DNA of 61,824 nucleotides, filler included, from Sphacelaria rigidula (lineage: Eukaryota): assembly GCA_964200075.2 (NCBI GenBank). It is 6 parts of 6 records of this genome, joined end to end, with 100 filler letters (N's around TTAATTAATTAA, not from the genome) between each part and the next. Parts side by side here need not be neighbours in the genome. Positions count along the whole stretch, not along the records: positions 41,285 to 51,504 come from CAXNAA020006909.1; positions 51,605 to 61,824 come from CAXNAA020006910.1; 4 more parts are not named here. One strand, 5' to 3'. A program made the position numbers and the translations under genes. The notes beneath the pieces were generated by a model. That model saw only the letters and a list, made by a program, of their open reading frames with translations, made no database searches and had not been told where the DNA came from. Of this stretch, positions 49,938 to 61,824 are shown piece after piece. The stretch's first letter is position 1; each line of letters begins with the position of its first letter.

Positions 49938-50345
49938 CACCGTAGGTAAGGTACCGAATGAGCGTACCCCTGGTATTCACCGGGGTATCTCATACCGTGG
50001 TATGCGTAGGTATCGTAGGTATGAATTTTGAAAATACCGGATTTGGCGGGTACGGTAGGCATTGAAATCTCGATATACCCTTGTATCGTAGGTATCGTAG
50101 GTATGGCATTTCAAATATCGGGTTGGGCGGGCACGGTAGGTATTGAAATCTCGAAATACCCTGGTATCGTAGGTATCGTAGGTATCGTAGGTATGACATG
50201 TCGAAATACCGGATTTGGGAGGTACGGTAGGTAGTGAAATTTCAAAATACCCTGGTATCGTAGGTATCGTAGGGATGATATTTCAAAATACCGGATCGGG
50301 TCGGTATCGGTAGGGTATGAGATGTCCCAAATACCGGTACCGAGT
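49938..50345. repeat. GGTATCGTA-rich minisatellite / subterminal repeat array
   Basis: Recurring 'ggtatcgtaggtat...aaataccggatttgg...gtacggtagg'. Confidence 0.85.
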
Positions 50346-52461
50346 ACCTGCCTCACCCTCTATATCGAATTCAAAACTGCCATCTGGTAGTGCGAAGCGT
50401 TTCAGATCTGGGTGCAAGTTGAGCAGTCGAAGTTTTAATATGCCCGAGGGTGGAAGTCGCCCCCCACCTGAACACAATGCACCCGGGACCGAGGGAAAGA
50501 ACGAGAGCCAGCGCGAATGACAGCTGACGCGACATCTCTGCGCCCATATGCTATTGGAGCGATCCGAGTAGCATCTCACTTGGCTAAGTTTTGTTTTTGT
50601 TCTCTACGTGCAATACGTGGTACTCTTCTTACTTACTGCCGTCTGACATTTGCATGATTTTTCCTTCTTTTTATACTTTCCGCCCTGATCACAGCTGGGT
50701 TTGTTGTAATCAGCTGACAGGGTTAGATACCGAATCCATAGATCGATCATGGGTACCCCGCGATGATTTTCGTGGCTGTTGTCGCGGGTGCAGAGACGAA
50801 AAATATCGCTCGAAAATAGTGTAGTAGTATGTGCCAAGTTGAAATTGAATTATTCGATTTTCATTTCGAGGGGGTAGGGCCGTAATTCCTGGCACCAACG
50901 TATTGCAGTAGCACGTGAGAGCACAGGTGCAGTAGTACCCAAGAGTAGGGTTTGCCCCTCTATGTGTAGCTGTATTTTTTCATTCAGAGCACCCGGCAAT
51001 TTCGCAGTATTGACGGTATAGTAACATGGAAGGTTATTCAATTGGTATTTTGGCACTTTGTTGTGTATATTGTACGCCTGCTGCAACCCCTCGTTTTTTT
51101 TGTTCTTCCTCATTTTCGTTTTTTTCCTGCTTGTTTGCTTGCACGTGGATGATTGTTGGGTATGATGCTCATCTTCGACATGGAACAATGTATACCTTCA
51201 GATGATTATCTAATATTTATACCCAAACATCAAAAACATCAGATGACATATGAGTGATTTACTGTATTCGAATTAATCCGAACACGAAAATCAGGGGGAA
51301 TCTGGGTATTAATTACTTGTGAAAACAAGACGTGCCCGCTCCGACAGCTTCTGGCCTCAACGTGAATTGGCCCCAGCTGTTGCATCGTGGGGAGTGTATC
51401 GCGTTTGGTAAATACCGGGGGTAGGGTATTTACCGGGGTATCCCATAAAACAGCCGATTTTATATTTTGGGGTTCATGCAAAATATGGGGCTGAAGTGGC
51501 ATATNNNNNNNNNNNNNNNNNNNNNNNNNNNNNNNNNNNNNNNNNNNNTTAATTAATTAANNNNNNNNNNNNNNNNNNNNNNNNNNNNNNNNNNNNNNNN
51601 NNNNGCTGATAGCTCCGTTAGGAATCAGTCTATGCTGGGTAGTAAAACGAGTGACCAGCCTGGGGCGATACTGCAAGACCAGACTGGAATATAACGTGAC
51701 TAACGTACGGCTGAAATACGACCTATTGCCCATATCGCGCACATCGAGAACGCCTTCTATTTAAGCGACTAATATCCGCCGTCACAGTGTAACAACAAAT
51801 GGTTGGTGGCACCACGAAACCACGAGAAGAACGTACGATCTCTATTGAACGTAGGGTGACTATTTTGAAGCCCGCATTCATTAACCTTCATTCACATATA
51901 TTGTCTTTTGGATCCGCGGGCATCTACCACGTCCTCTGTAGATGTTATTATTGCCTGACATTCCGCCAAAACATGGTCCTCATCACTCAATCGATGCCGT
52001 CCGAAATGCGCTACAAGGTCCCGTTTCATACCCCACGTCACTTCCAGCCTCGACTTTTACACCCCCCCCCCCCGTCCCTCCCTGGCTTCACTCGCAGCCC
52101 TTAACGTCGCCAACACCTCAGATGGGATATTCTCCCCTTTGCCGATGAGTGCGGTGCACGTCGCAACAATAGATATGGGCTCCCAGTTGGATTCCTTTTC
52201 CCACTTCCGCTTAGAGCGCCCCCTGCTCACACCACTAGTCCCACAGGACACGTAGCTCTCCGCGAACACGATTTTCCCGTACTTGTCAAGGCTCATGGAT
52301 GCGGCACGGCAAAGAATGGCATCCCGGCACGACCGTAGCCAATGCAGATCCACCCCACTCTCTCCGTCGTCGCTAACACGCTTCGCCAAAACCTTTCCAA
52401 TGAGTAAAGGTGCCCCCGTGTCGATGAAGAAGGCAAACCAATCTTCCTCCACAGTAGAGTT

Positions 52462-53045
52462 ATCGTCTCGTGTTGGACGTCGCCCAGCCGTACCGCTTGT
52501 TGTACGCCGGGCCCGTCTACCGCCACCCGCTTCATCGTCATCCGTGCAAGCTCTGTCTGTACAACCGCCGCTGGCGAGAGTGGTGTCGTCTCGTGTTGGA
52601 CGTCGCCCGGCCGTACCCCTTGTTGTATGCCGGTCGCGTCTACCGCCACCCACTTCATCGTCATCCATGCAATCTCTGTCTGTACAACATCGTTGACGAG
52701 AGCAGTGTCATCTTGTGTTGGACGTCGCTCAGCCGTACCTCTTGTTGTACGCCGGTTCCGTCTACCGCTACCTACTTCATCGTCGTCCGTGCTATCTCTG
52801 TTTGAACAATCGCCGTTGGCGAGAGCAGTGTTGTCTCGTGTTGGACGACGCCCAGCCGTACCTCTTGTTGTACGCCGGTCCCGTCTACCGCCACCCACTT
52901 CATCGTCATCCGTGCAATCTCTGTCTGTACAACCGTCGTTGGCGAGAGCGGTGTCGTCTCGTGTTGGACGTCGCCCAGTCGTGCCCCTTGTTTTACGCCG
53001 GTCCCGGCTACCGCCGCCCGGTTCAACGTCGTCCGTGCTATCGCT
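52462..53045 (-). repeat. 123-bp (41-codon) tandem repeat, ~5 copies, one with a 1-bp deletion
   Basis: 'gtgttggacg' at 52470, 52593, 52715, 52838, 52961. Reads DDDEVGGGRRDRRTTRGTAGRRPTRDDT on the minus strand. Confidence 0.9.
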
Positions 53046-55221
53046 ATCTGCGTCAGAGGATGATGAGACCGGGGATATGCTGCTGTCAGTGCTGAATGAG
53101 TCGCCTGCAGAAGGACCTCTGCCAACGTCGGGCTAGGAAGGCATTTCGTCCTTGGACGGAAATTGGTGCACTGGGACGTCGAAGGCTCGCTCGCCCGTCT
53201 CCTCCAGACGCGTTACGGCGTCTTCCATCTCACCCTTTGCGGCTTGTTGGGCTACCGGATCTGGCGCAAGTACGCCAGTGACGACAGTATGAGGATCTCG
53301 GACGAAAAACGCAAGTTACGCCTCCTGGGCGTTCGCAATATAAAAGGAAGGCAAAAACGACATGAGGTTGGAAAGGGACGATGTAAAAAGATAGAGCCGG
53401 GTGTATCTGCTGCCGAGCAAAGCCTTGGTATGGACGTGAAGACACCACGAAAACCCAGAGTGGGCGTATACAACAAAACAACAAGATACAAGAAGAAACG
53501 CATTTGGGAGTGGAACGTGGGAAGGGAAAATGTACGACGGTGGTAGCTCACGCCGGGGAATGCAGCCGGTAGCCGCTCGTGGGAATCTTCGTACCGCTGC
53601 CGCACCGTGCGGAGGACGTCGTCAGTCACCGTGTGGAGCTGGTCCGGCGGGGTACATCGGGTGCTAGGTGTGGGGTCAACGAAGATAATATGTGGAGGGG
53701 CCTCCGGGTCTAATTAGCCGTCCGCGCATCTCCCGCTCCACTGCTTCTCGTGCATGTATCGCTTGAACGTCACCTGCACCCACCCACCACGCTTCTCCAC
53801 GCAGAAATCGCTGAAGGTCGTGATGTTCGCCACACGGTTGACAAGATCGTTCAGGAGGCCCTTGAAGTTGCCCAGATTTCGCAGGGTTAGACAGTGGACT
53901 GGGAGCTCCTGGTAGAACATCTGGGACTCAGCAGCTGGCTCCGACCTGGCGAAGATGTTCTTTCCCTTCACGCCTATGGCGAACCTACACGTGACAACGA
54001 CCGCACATGCAGTGTGAGGCGCCTACTAGTAACACACGACGACGGAGACCTTGGAGCAACTGCGAGCAGACGGCCCCCAAAACGTGCTTGGATCATCGCA
54101 ATCGAATCAAGCTTGCTCCCAGAGAAGAAATCAGTAGCATCTTGGCGTGTTCTGCAGCCACATCGCTTTGGCCAACAGACCAGCAAGACACGGGGGGAAC
54201 GATACGAAGAGCGTTCTCTCGGGTGTTGTAGCCACAAATATCCAGCGGTTGGACACACATTCGTGACGGTACACCCTATACCAAGTATCGTCACGCAGGG
54301 ACTCCCAAACCATCTGTGATATCGTGGTATTTGAGGTCGTACTCAATTTACGCAAAATATGAGTAGAGAGTTTGAGGTCGTACCCAATCTACCCGAAGTT
54401 TAGGTGGGGTATCTGAGGCCGGACCAGATGTACCGAACCCCTTGAGTATAACTTTCACTTCAATATTCAAGTTCGTGTGCAAGGTACTCAAACTCGGGTA
54501 GAGTAAACTACCGACGTATTCACTGAGTTTCCCGCCCATCATTAGGGCTGATTCCCGATCAAACTTCAGCACGCATTCGGATACAGTCTACTCGAGAAAG
54601 CATTCGGATCAAAACCACATGTTACACAACTAGGGTGGAGACAATATTGCGGTATTGTCGAACGGCGTTCGGATTGTACCGTGTAGACTGGCGGGGGTAC
54701 CAGAAAGCGTAAAAATCATGTCGAAGTATTGATAGTCGAAGTCTGGTGTACAGTCCATACCCGGACATTCGCGCATGTCAGTGAGTGCGTGACGCATCTC
54801 ACCCGCCTGCAAGTAGGGAGAAGGGGGAATAGCTGATAGCGAAAGGATCATGAGGCACATGCGCCACAGAACAAAATTCAGAATGCACAATTTGTTGAGC
54901 ACAAACGAATAAGACGGAATTTGACTAACCGGTACAACTGCATCTACACTCCTGATTTAGCCCAGACGCTGAATGAGACACGTCGTTTTTCCACAAGAGA
55001 CGTTCCACGATATTGGATCGCATCTCTACACAGCTCGGCTGGTGTCTCGCCCCTCACCCGCATATCGTGCCACCACCGTCCCACTGCCTAATTTCAAAAT
55101 ATGTACTACCATGGGTGGGTACAGGTGAGCTGGGGTAGGTAGCTTCATTCATCTGCACGTTTTGTCTTGTTTTTGTATGGCCATGATTCGCTCATGACAC
55201 GAGGTTTTGCAATGTACGGAC

Positions 55222-56022
55222 GGATTATTTATGGGGATGAGAACCCGGAGAATTCATGTATCCACACCAAATCTTCGAAACATGGTCCCATTTCTTCACT
55301 TGCTGGTAGCTATTGACAACTACTACACGCCATACAAATTTGGAGCTCGGCCATCGAAATGTCGGCGTCCTAGGTGAAAAGCCAATTTTAAGAGCCTGGA
55401 TCCGTTATTGAGGTTCAACATTCTAATGAGTTTCAACTCGAAAACAGTGCCTTCCCTGACCTGAAGTCATGACCTATGAATTTCGTATGAACAACCTCAT
55501 GCCCCCCGACCTTCTTGAAACTATTTCCGGGGGTTGCCCGTCTCCCGTGCCCCCAAAGCGTATGCGCGAAAGCACCAAATTCGGGCTGAAAGCGTCCCCT
55601 TTTTCGCCCCGATATCGAGGCTAAATAGGTACTTTCGCACATACGCTTTGGGGGCACGGAAGACGGGCAACCCCCAGAAGACGTTTTAAGGAGGTCGGGG
55701 GGCATGAGGTCGTCATTGTGAAATTCATAGGTCATGACTTCAGGTCAGGGAAATCACTGTTTTCGAGTTGAAACTCATGAAAAAGTTCAACCTCAATAAC
55801 TAATCCAGGCTGTTTTTTGGGGGATTTAGGTGATCCGATCGGACGCCGAAATTGGTTTTTCATCTAGGACCCCGACATTTCGGTTATCGAAATCCAAATT
55901 TGTATGGCGTGCAGTAGTTGGCAACAGCGACCAGAAAGTGAAAAAATGGAAGCATACTTCGAAGATTTGGTGTGGATTCGAAGATTTTATTTCTACAGGT
56001 TTTCATCCTCAATTAGAAATCC
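55222..56022. mobile_element. ~800-bp foldback (palindromic) element in a transposase intron
   Basis: 55425-55575 is the near-perfect reverse complement of 55630-55780. Outer arms 55222-55420 and 55790-56022 also pair. Confidence 0.88.
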
Positions 56023-56179
56023 ATCCCCAATTTGTAAAATCCCGCGTTTCATACTCATCGTAGCCCGTGACGTAACGCCACTTCTGTCATTGACGGCAGT
56101 CCTTCACCCATGTATTCAACGTTGTCTGTGAAGCGTCGTCACAAGTCTGCCGGCGGTCACGGTTACCCATCACACCCAA

Positions 56180-56640
56180 TTGATACTCTGTACTCACGAA
56201 TTACTGACAGTGCTTACTCAATATTTGAGTGGACTCTTGCAGGTCGTACTCGGTGTACTCAAACGTTTAGTACAGTACTCGAGGTCATACCCAATCTAGC
56301 CAAAAGTTGAGTAGAGTATTTGAGGCCGTACTCGACCTCCTCAAACACTGAGCAGAGTATTGGGGTCATAACCAAGTGATACTCTATATTCAAGTATTAC
56401 TGAGAGTGCTTGCTCAGTATTTGAGTAGAGTATTAGACGTCGTACTCGATCTACCCGAGTTTTGCGTAGAGTGTTTGAGGCCGTACTCGCCCTTCTCAAA
56501 ATTTGAGTCGAGTGTTTGAGGCCGTACTCGACCTCCCTAGAGTATTTGAGGTCGTACTCGACCTACTCAAAATTTGAGTAGAGTAAATACTCGGGTAATT
56601 TACTCGAGTTCTGAAACGTTCATACTCTACTCGACCTGTC
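56180..56640. repeat. TACTCGA/GAGTA-rich repeat array; related block at ~54325-54600
   Basis: Recurring 'gagtagagtatttgaggtcgtactcga' units. Confidence 0.75.
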
Positions 56641-57567
56641 CCTTGAAAATCTTCTGCTCAACTTCTCCCACGTACTTTCGTGGAGGCACATATGATTCCA
56701 TGGAAGTTCATTAGTCAACATATTCGCACGGACCTTCCATGAAAGCCCGAAACTTCGATGGCAGCTGCTTCGAGATAGCTGCCATCGAAGTCGGCCGTCA
56801 CAGAACTTACGAACTTTCATGGAGGCAAACTCGACCACCTTCCATCAAAGCTATCGTCGACTTCCACGAGCTTTCATGAACGCTCGTGGATACACGACAG
56901 ATAGTGTGGGAGCTCGACCACGCAGCCCAAAACAATAAATATCTACAGCAGCACATTACGTGACTGCCTGATTACAATACTCAGGCAGCGACAACACATA
57001 CACGTCACTCTTCATTGTACGACCGCTTCTCGACGTTTACGACGCTGGCTTCGTACGGTCGTCGATTGTTCTTGCCGCCTACCTAGGAAACCCCTGGTCG
57101 AGTTTGATGTGGGTGTGTCCCACTATCATGAAGTTCACCTCGATCACGTCTACGGTGTTCTCCGCCACGAACACCCTCGCGTATCGGAGACAGAAGTTGT
57201 TCTTGTTCTCCGAGGCGGCGTTGTCCACCTGAGTGGTCGCCGGTAAGAGGCGTTGGGGGGCAGGGGCTTGGAGCCGGTGATGGGAGATCATTGAAATCCT
57301 CCCTTTCGTCTATGAACATGAATATTCCAAGTAACGATTTTAGGATCGTAACTGGTAGCTCTCGGTTTGCACGTTACAGCAATGCATACACTCCAGACCC
57401 TCGATGATGTGTTGAACATACGTTTACGACGATGTGTTTCGTAACGGAGCCCACCTACCAGTGCGCATGCTTGATGATGCACCCCCCGTCGCCGCCCGGC
57501 TTGTGATGCGTGTCGATAAGGCTGGTGAGGGCGAGATGGACAGCCGTGCACGCGAGCGTGCAGCCTG

Positions 57568-57778
57568 TGTAATACGTGAGAGGACCAGGTGCTTAGAGGA
57601 CCGCATCGGCATTTGAAAATGCTTATGGTTAGTGTTAGGGTTAGGGTTAGTGTTGGGGTTAGGGTCAGGGGCGTGGTCCTTGCAGGGACTGCCCCGATTG
57701 GTTTTGAAAAACGTCGATCCTGAGGTGTTTCGAACTACGATGCGATCCTCTACGCACGCGGTCCTCTCACGCATTACA
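57568..57778. mobile_element. 211-bp TIR element (TGT...ACA, 5-bp TSD GCCTG) with internal TTAGGG-like repeats
   Basis: tgtaatacgtgagaggacc... / ...ggtcctctcacgcattaca. GCCTG at 57563-67 and 57779-83. 'ttagggttagggttag' tract at ~57627-57666. Confidence 0.8.
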
Positions 57779-60387
57779 GCCTGCATGACGAAGATTGCGG
57801 ACGAAGGGTGAGGTATTCGATACACGGTCAATCAACAAGTTCAGCCTTCCTAAACCTGTCCGATTGTGGCGGATTTTGGCATCCGTGTATTGCCGGTTAG
57901 GAAAAGGGAGTGTGGCGGTCAGTATGACACGGCCGGACGCTTGCTCCATCGGCGGGTGGCAGTATGTAGTACACGGCATGTCGTACTGCCCGATCGTTAG
58001 TTCCTGACTAGGGGAATCACGCACCTGCCCCGAGATTCTGAGGCGTGAAGAACACTTCAACACACTGATCTTCAACTAGCGCACACTGCATCTTCTGGCG
58101 CTCTGCATAGCCCCTGGCAACGCGTTTGATAAGAGCAACGTAGAACACCATGAACCGAGGGTTAGCCGACGTTATTCGGTAGTGTTGATGCAGTACACTA
58201 CATCAAGAACGGGTTGTCACCGAAGATGCGGCTGAACCCCCGTAATTGCGGCTCGTCATTAAAAATTATTCACCTCTGGCCGCCGTGCGTAGGGGGGCAT
58301 ACGTTTGGAAGAATATGCGTCGTCTGGTTTGCCGCGTCTACCGACAGCGAGATGTAGTCCAACGGTTCCCCATCGGCTTTGGCTTGCAGCGCGGCTTGCG
58401 CGGTGTCTGCGATGACCTGCCGATCAGCTTGGATCATATGTCCAACACAGCACGTGCAAGCAGCGTGGAGTGCACAATTGGAGGAATGCATTCGATTCTT
58501 GTGGAGGACTACCACCGCATAACGGAGGCCGTGTTGTTGAAGCATTTCTGACGTAGTCATAATGACGTACTGAACTCCCTTCGGATGACCACGAACCAAA
58601 CTAGTACTTACCACGATCTACTGTAGTCGTAGACAGGGTGACGTTCCATGCTTGCCCCAGCGGGTGATGCATGATCGAAACACAAGGTTGAGAATACCTC
58701 TCTTTTCGGCACCTCCTAGTATGATGTTCACCTTCCGATGCAGTGCGGGGTCGTCGGCGGCATACTTGAGGAATATTGAGTCGCTTGTGGGCTCCACGCT
58801 GGAGCTCCATGCAGGGTCTCTTCCACCTTGATGCACAGGTTGCGCGTCATCAGCTCTCCGCCTACCCTAACGTTGATGTGCGGCCTGTGCTCCCTCCAGA
58901 TTCGGCTGATTTACGTTTTCGACGCTCGCGGTTCTGGACGGTTAGGTAAGACCCGGCGAACCTCTCTGCGTAACTCATCGTAGAGCTCTTGCCAGCATGC
59001 GTTGATGTTGTCGGGGTGTTGTACTGGCGTTTTTCGTGAACGAGCAGTGAAGATCCTGCGGGGATGGTGCAGGAAACTCCCGCTCCTATGCTTCGATTGA
59101 AACGCCGAGGCGACCCCGTCGTCTTGCGACATGCAGTGGCACCCGCCTCGTTACGACAATAACTCACACGCTTTTGCTAAGAATGGGCATATATATTTTT
59201 ATTCAGGATTACCCTTCGGAACCCTTCTATTTCATCCAAATGTTTTTGAGATACAAATACAAATGCATTCCCCGGCTGCGATGAGGTAGCGCCGCTCATC
59301 CTAGAAACAATGAATCACCCGTAATTTGTGGAATCCCGTGTTTCTCAGGGATTCTGAGAAATAGGAACGGTTTCTGGTACCGTCGTGACCGAAGGGAGGA
59401 ATAGTTCTAGAATATTATTGTATTTCACAAATTGAAGATGGGCTGTTGTTGAGGATGAGCGAGGCCGAACATCATAGTCGGAGAGTGCAGATGTGTTTTC
59501 ATTTCGTGAATATTTCGATGCCGATGAAGCTTCCCAACGTCCATATTCGATACCAGCCGTCCTCAATTTTTAAAATGAGGAGGTACTGTAATCGACAAGT
59601 TGAAAAGTCGAACTCGTCAACAATCGCGGTTGGCTTCACAATAGAGTACTGTAAGATGGGTACTACTGCACAGTCACCTGCTGCTGCAGGCACAGTGTAT
59701 GCACACGATACATAAATATGGCGACGTTGACCACCAGTAGGACTTCCTTCGTCGCGGCGTAGATGACCACAGCAGTCTTGTGCTGCATGGCCTCTCCGCA
59801 CGTCTCACTAAAGTAGTCTAACCATGACAAAATGCTCTCTTTCTTGCCATCGGCTCTATGTTGGCAATCCCTACAGTACATGCACACAGCGGACACAAAC
59901 AAGACAGAGCACAAGGGGGCGAAGAGGCGCGGGTGCGGGATGAAGATCGCTCTACGTCAATTTTACACAGTCCTACAATACCTAACTACCATGTGTACCC
60001 GCTCCAGCGTGTCATTTCGCCTCAATAGAACATGCATGGCCGCAGAAAAACGCTGTCATAGTATTGTTATATGTCTTCCTCTAAAGGTGTATATCCCAAT
60101 TAAGGTGCGCTTAAGGCACCTGACGGAAAGAACTCTGGTTCGTGGGAAACACAACATGTAGAACGATGCCCAGAGTATCTGAGGAGAGGCAATTGAATCC
60201 TCTATTACCCAAGCTTTTCAAAATTGGAAAAAAATCAAACCAAGTTGCAGGAGTGGATGTGGAGTATGACTTTATCGACGTAAAAAATGTGGCCAGAACA
60301 CCCTGTCTCACTTATGGTACACTTTACACAGCAGTTGATTTCTCGCGACCTTGGACGCCTCAGGCCTTCTTCTTCAGTATAAACGTG

Positions 60388-60960
60388 CATGAGATTAGTG
60401 CGGTCCGTTTTAAAGAAGAAAAAGAGAAGAAAAATTGAATGCGGGGATGAAAATCGCTTGTCCCGTGTTTTTCAGAACAAATTCCGCCATCAAGTCGGTA
60501 TTTGGCAACGCCATACTCGGCAGAAACTACTGTTTGCCTTCGTCTTTTTTTTCCAACTCATTGCATTACGTTTTGATAGCAATCTCCTGCAGTTTGGTGT
60601 TCATTGGTTCTGATGAAGGTACTCTATCACGCACGTTGAGCGGTGCCCCCTAACCACTTATTTTTCACCAGAGATGAACAATGACTACGAAAATGGAACA
60701 CCTGGGATGTTTTAGACCTCGTCCTTTGATACAAAGGTGTACTGGTATGAGACTAGTGCAATCCGTTTCAAAACAAATTATAAGGCGGGGATGACAATGA
60801 CCCATCCCCTAGTTTTCGGAACAAATTTGGCCATCGAGTCTGGGTTTGGCAACGTTGTACTCGACGAGAACGTTCTTTTTGTCCTTTATCAATCCATCGA
60901 AATACGTTTTGACAGTAACCTCCCAAAAATTGGTGTCGATGGGTTGGATGACGAGCGTCG
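60388..60960. repeat. Diverged tandem duplication, ~358-bp period
   Basis: 'atgaga.tagtgc..tccgttt.aaa' at ~60389 and ~60747, with shared 'gccatc.agtc...tttggcaacg...tactcg'. Confidence 0.7.
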
Positions 60961-61824
60961 CCCCGGGACAGTTGTACAGGCTGACAGTACCAAGACACCC
61001 GGGGATTTCCAGAGCTCGGGGGGGGGGGTCTCTTCGCGGAGCATCGGAGAAAGCTCACGGAGGTAACCATGTGTGTTTGGAAGTTTCCCGCGGAAAATTA
61101 TGAGTCGTGCATGAGGCCCGAAAGGCGCGGGGTGACCATTCTGACCAATCACGGTCGTCAAAATAAACACGTTTGTTTCGGTAGAGGTAGACAGCTCAAG
61201 TTTCATTTTGATCATGCCAAATCAACCATAGATTATTTAACCGAAGAGCAGGTGTTCGAGCATTTTTGGTAGACTGTGTCAGTCTGTTCAGTATTGCCTG
61301 AGCATCCTACTAGCCCCACACTTCCATCTGGTATTGAACGTCATGACGCCACACGCGAGCGGCGGTCACGAGTGAATATCCTACGCACGTGGATGTAGAC
61401 AAGTACTTCGACGGTGAGGCGGCCGCCATCGCCGAGCAATTGCTCTACCGTAGTCAGGGGCGTTCGCGTCGGTATTCATGGTGCGATACCAAAACGCACG
61501 CTGCGTACACTCGGCACGTTCGACACTGGCTGTTAGATCCAGTACGCTGCAGACCGCACGTGCAGCCACGGTATGATACACTACAGACTGCACAGCAAAC
61601 ATATGAGGCGTGATAATCAGGTGGCCGACTTGTGGTCGACAACCACACGACTGTCTGTGTTATGACGCTCACAACTATGTGCATCTTGTCCACTCCCGGT
61701 CCCTTCCGCCGTAGAATAGGCGTTTTGAGTTGTGACAAAGGAAATATTCTGAACTCAAAAGAGTCATCCTACGATAGGGGGGGGGGGTATTTTGGGCCAT
61801 TTGTTGCTCGAAATTTCGAGTCAG

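Larger units (their letters stand above)
52100..59870 (-). pseudogene. Intron-rich DUF7869/Sola-like DDD transposase pseudogene; core exons 58416-58274, 58113-58025, 57564-57455, 57228-57083, 53984-53552; outer limits approximate
   Basis: Phase-consistent GT-AG splicing gives ISLSVDAANQTTHILP...R|GYAERQKMQCALVEDQCVEVFFTPQNLGA|GCTLACTAVHLAL...HAHW*|VDNAASENKNNF...VNFMIVGHTHIKLDQGFPR|FAIGVKG...NFKGLL...ITTFSDF...VTFKRY...W. Premature stops at 57455-57457 and 53714-53716. Confidence 0.8.

Noticed and set aside
57627-57666. Chromosome end / true telomere
   Set aside because: Short, degenerate, internal tract inside a TIR element.

Overview
Eukaryotic, repeat-rich nuclear DNA, most likely from a brown alga (Phaeophyceae). 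This is inferred from the EsV-1-7 repeat gene, long GT-AG introns and TTAGGG tracts. The window is not contiguous: five identical 100-bp spacers (N44-TTAATTAATTAA-N44) join six ~10,220-bp segments, so linkage across spacers means nothing. Segment 1 holds the last five exons of a SEC12/PREB-like WD40 membrane gene among nested DNA elements. Segment 2 is almost all repeats (MITEs, tRNA-derived SINEs, a LINE RT scrap). Segment 3 holds a decayed Ty3/Gypsy retrotransposon with a chromodomain. Segment 4 holds an uninterrupted 935-codon ORF with 17 near-identical EsV-1-7 C-x4-C...C-x2-H repeats that vary mainly at fixed positions; this is the best candidate for a novel system (a TALE/PPR-like code, hypothesis only). 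Segment 5 holds the first two exons of a cysteamine dioxygenase/plant cysteine oxidase-like gene plus a stray copy of its HxH exon end. Segment 6 holds a heavily intron-split, pseudogenised DUF7869/Sola-like DDD transposase whose introns contain an ~800-bp palindrome and a small TIR element carrying telomeric repeats. All family names come from motif recognition by eye; no database search was run.
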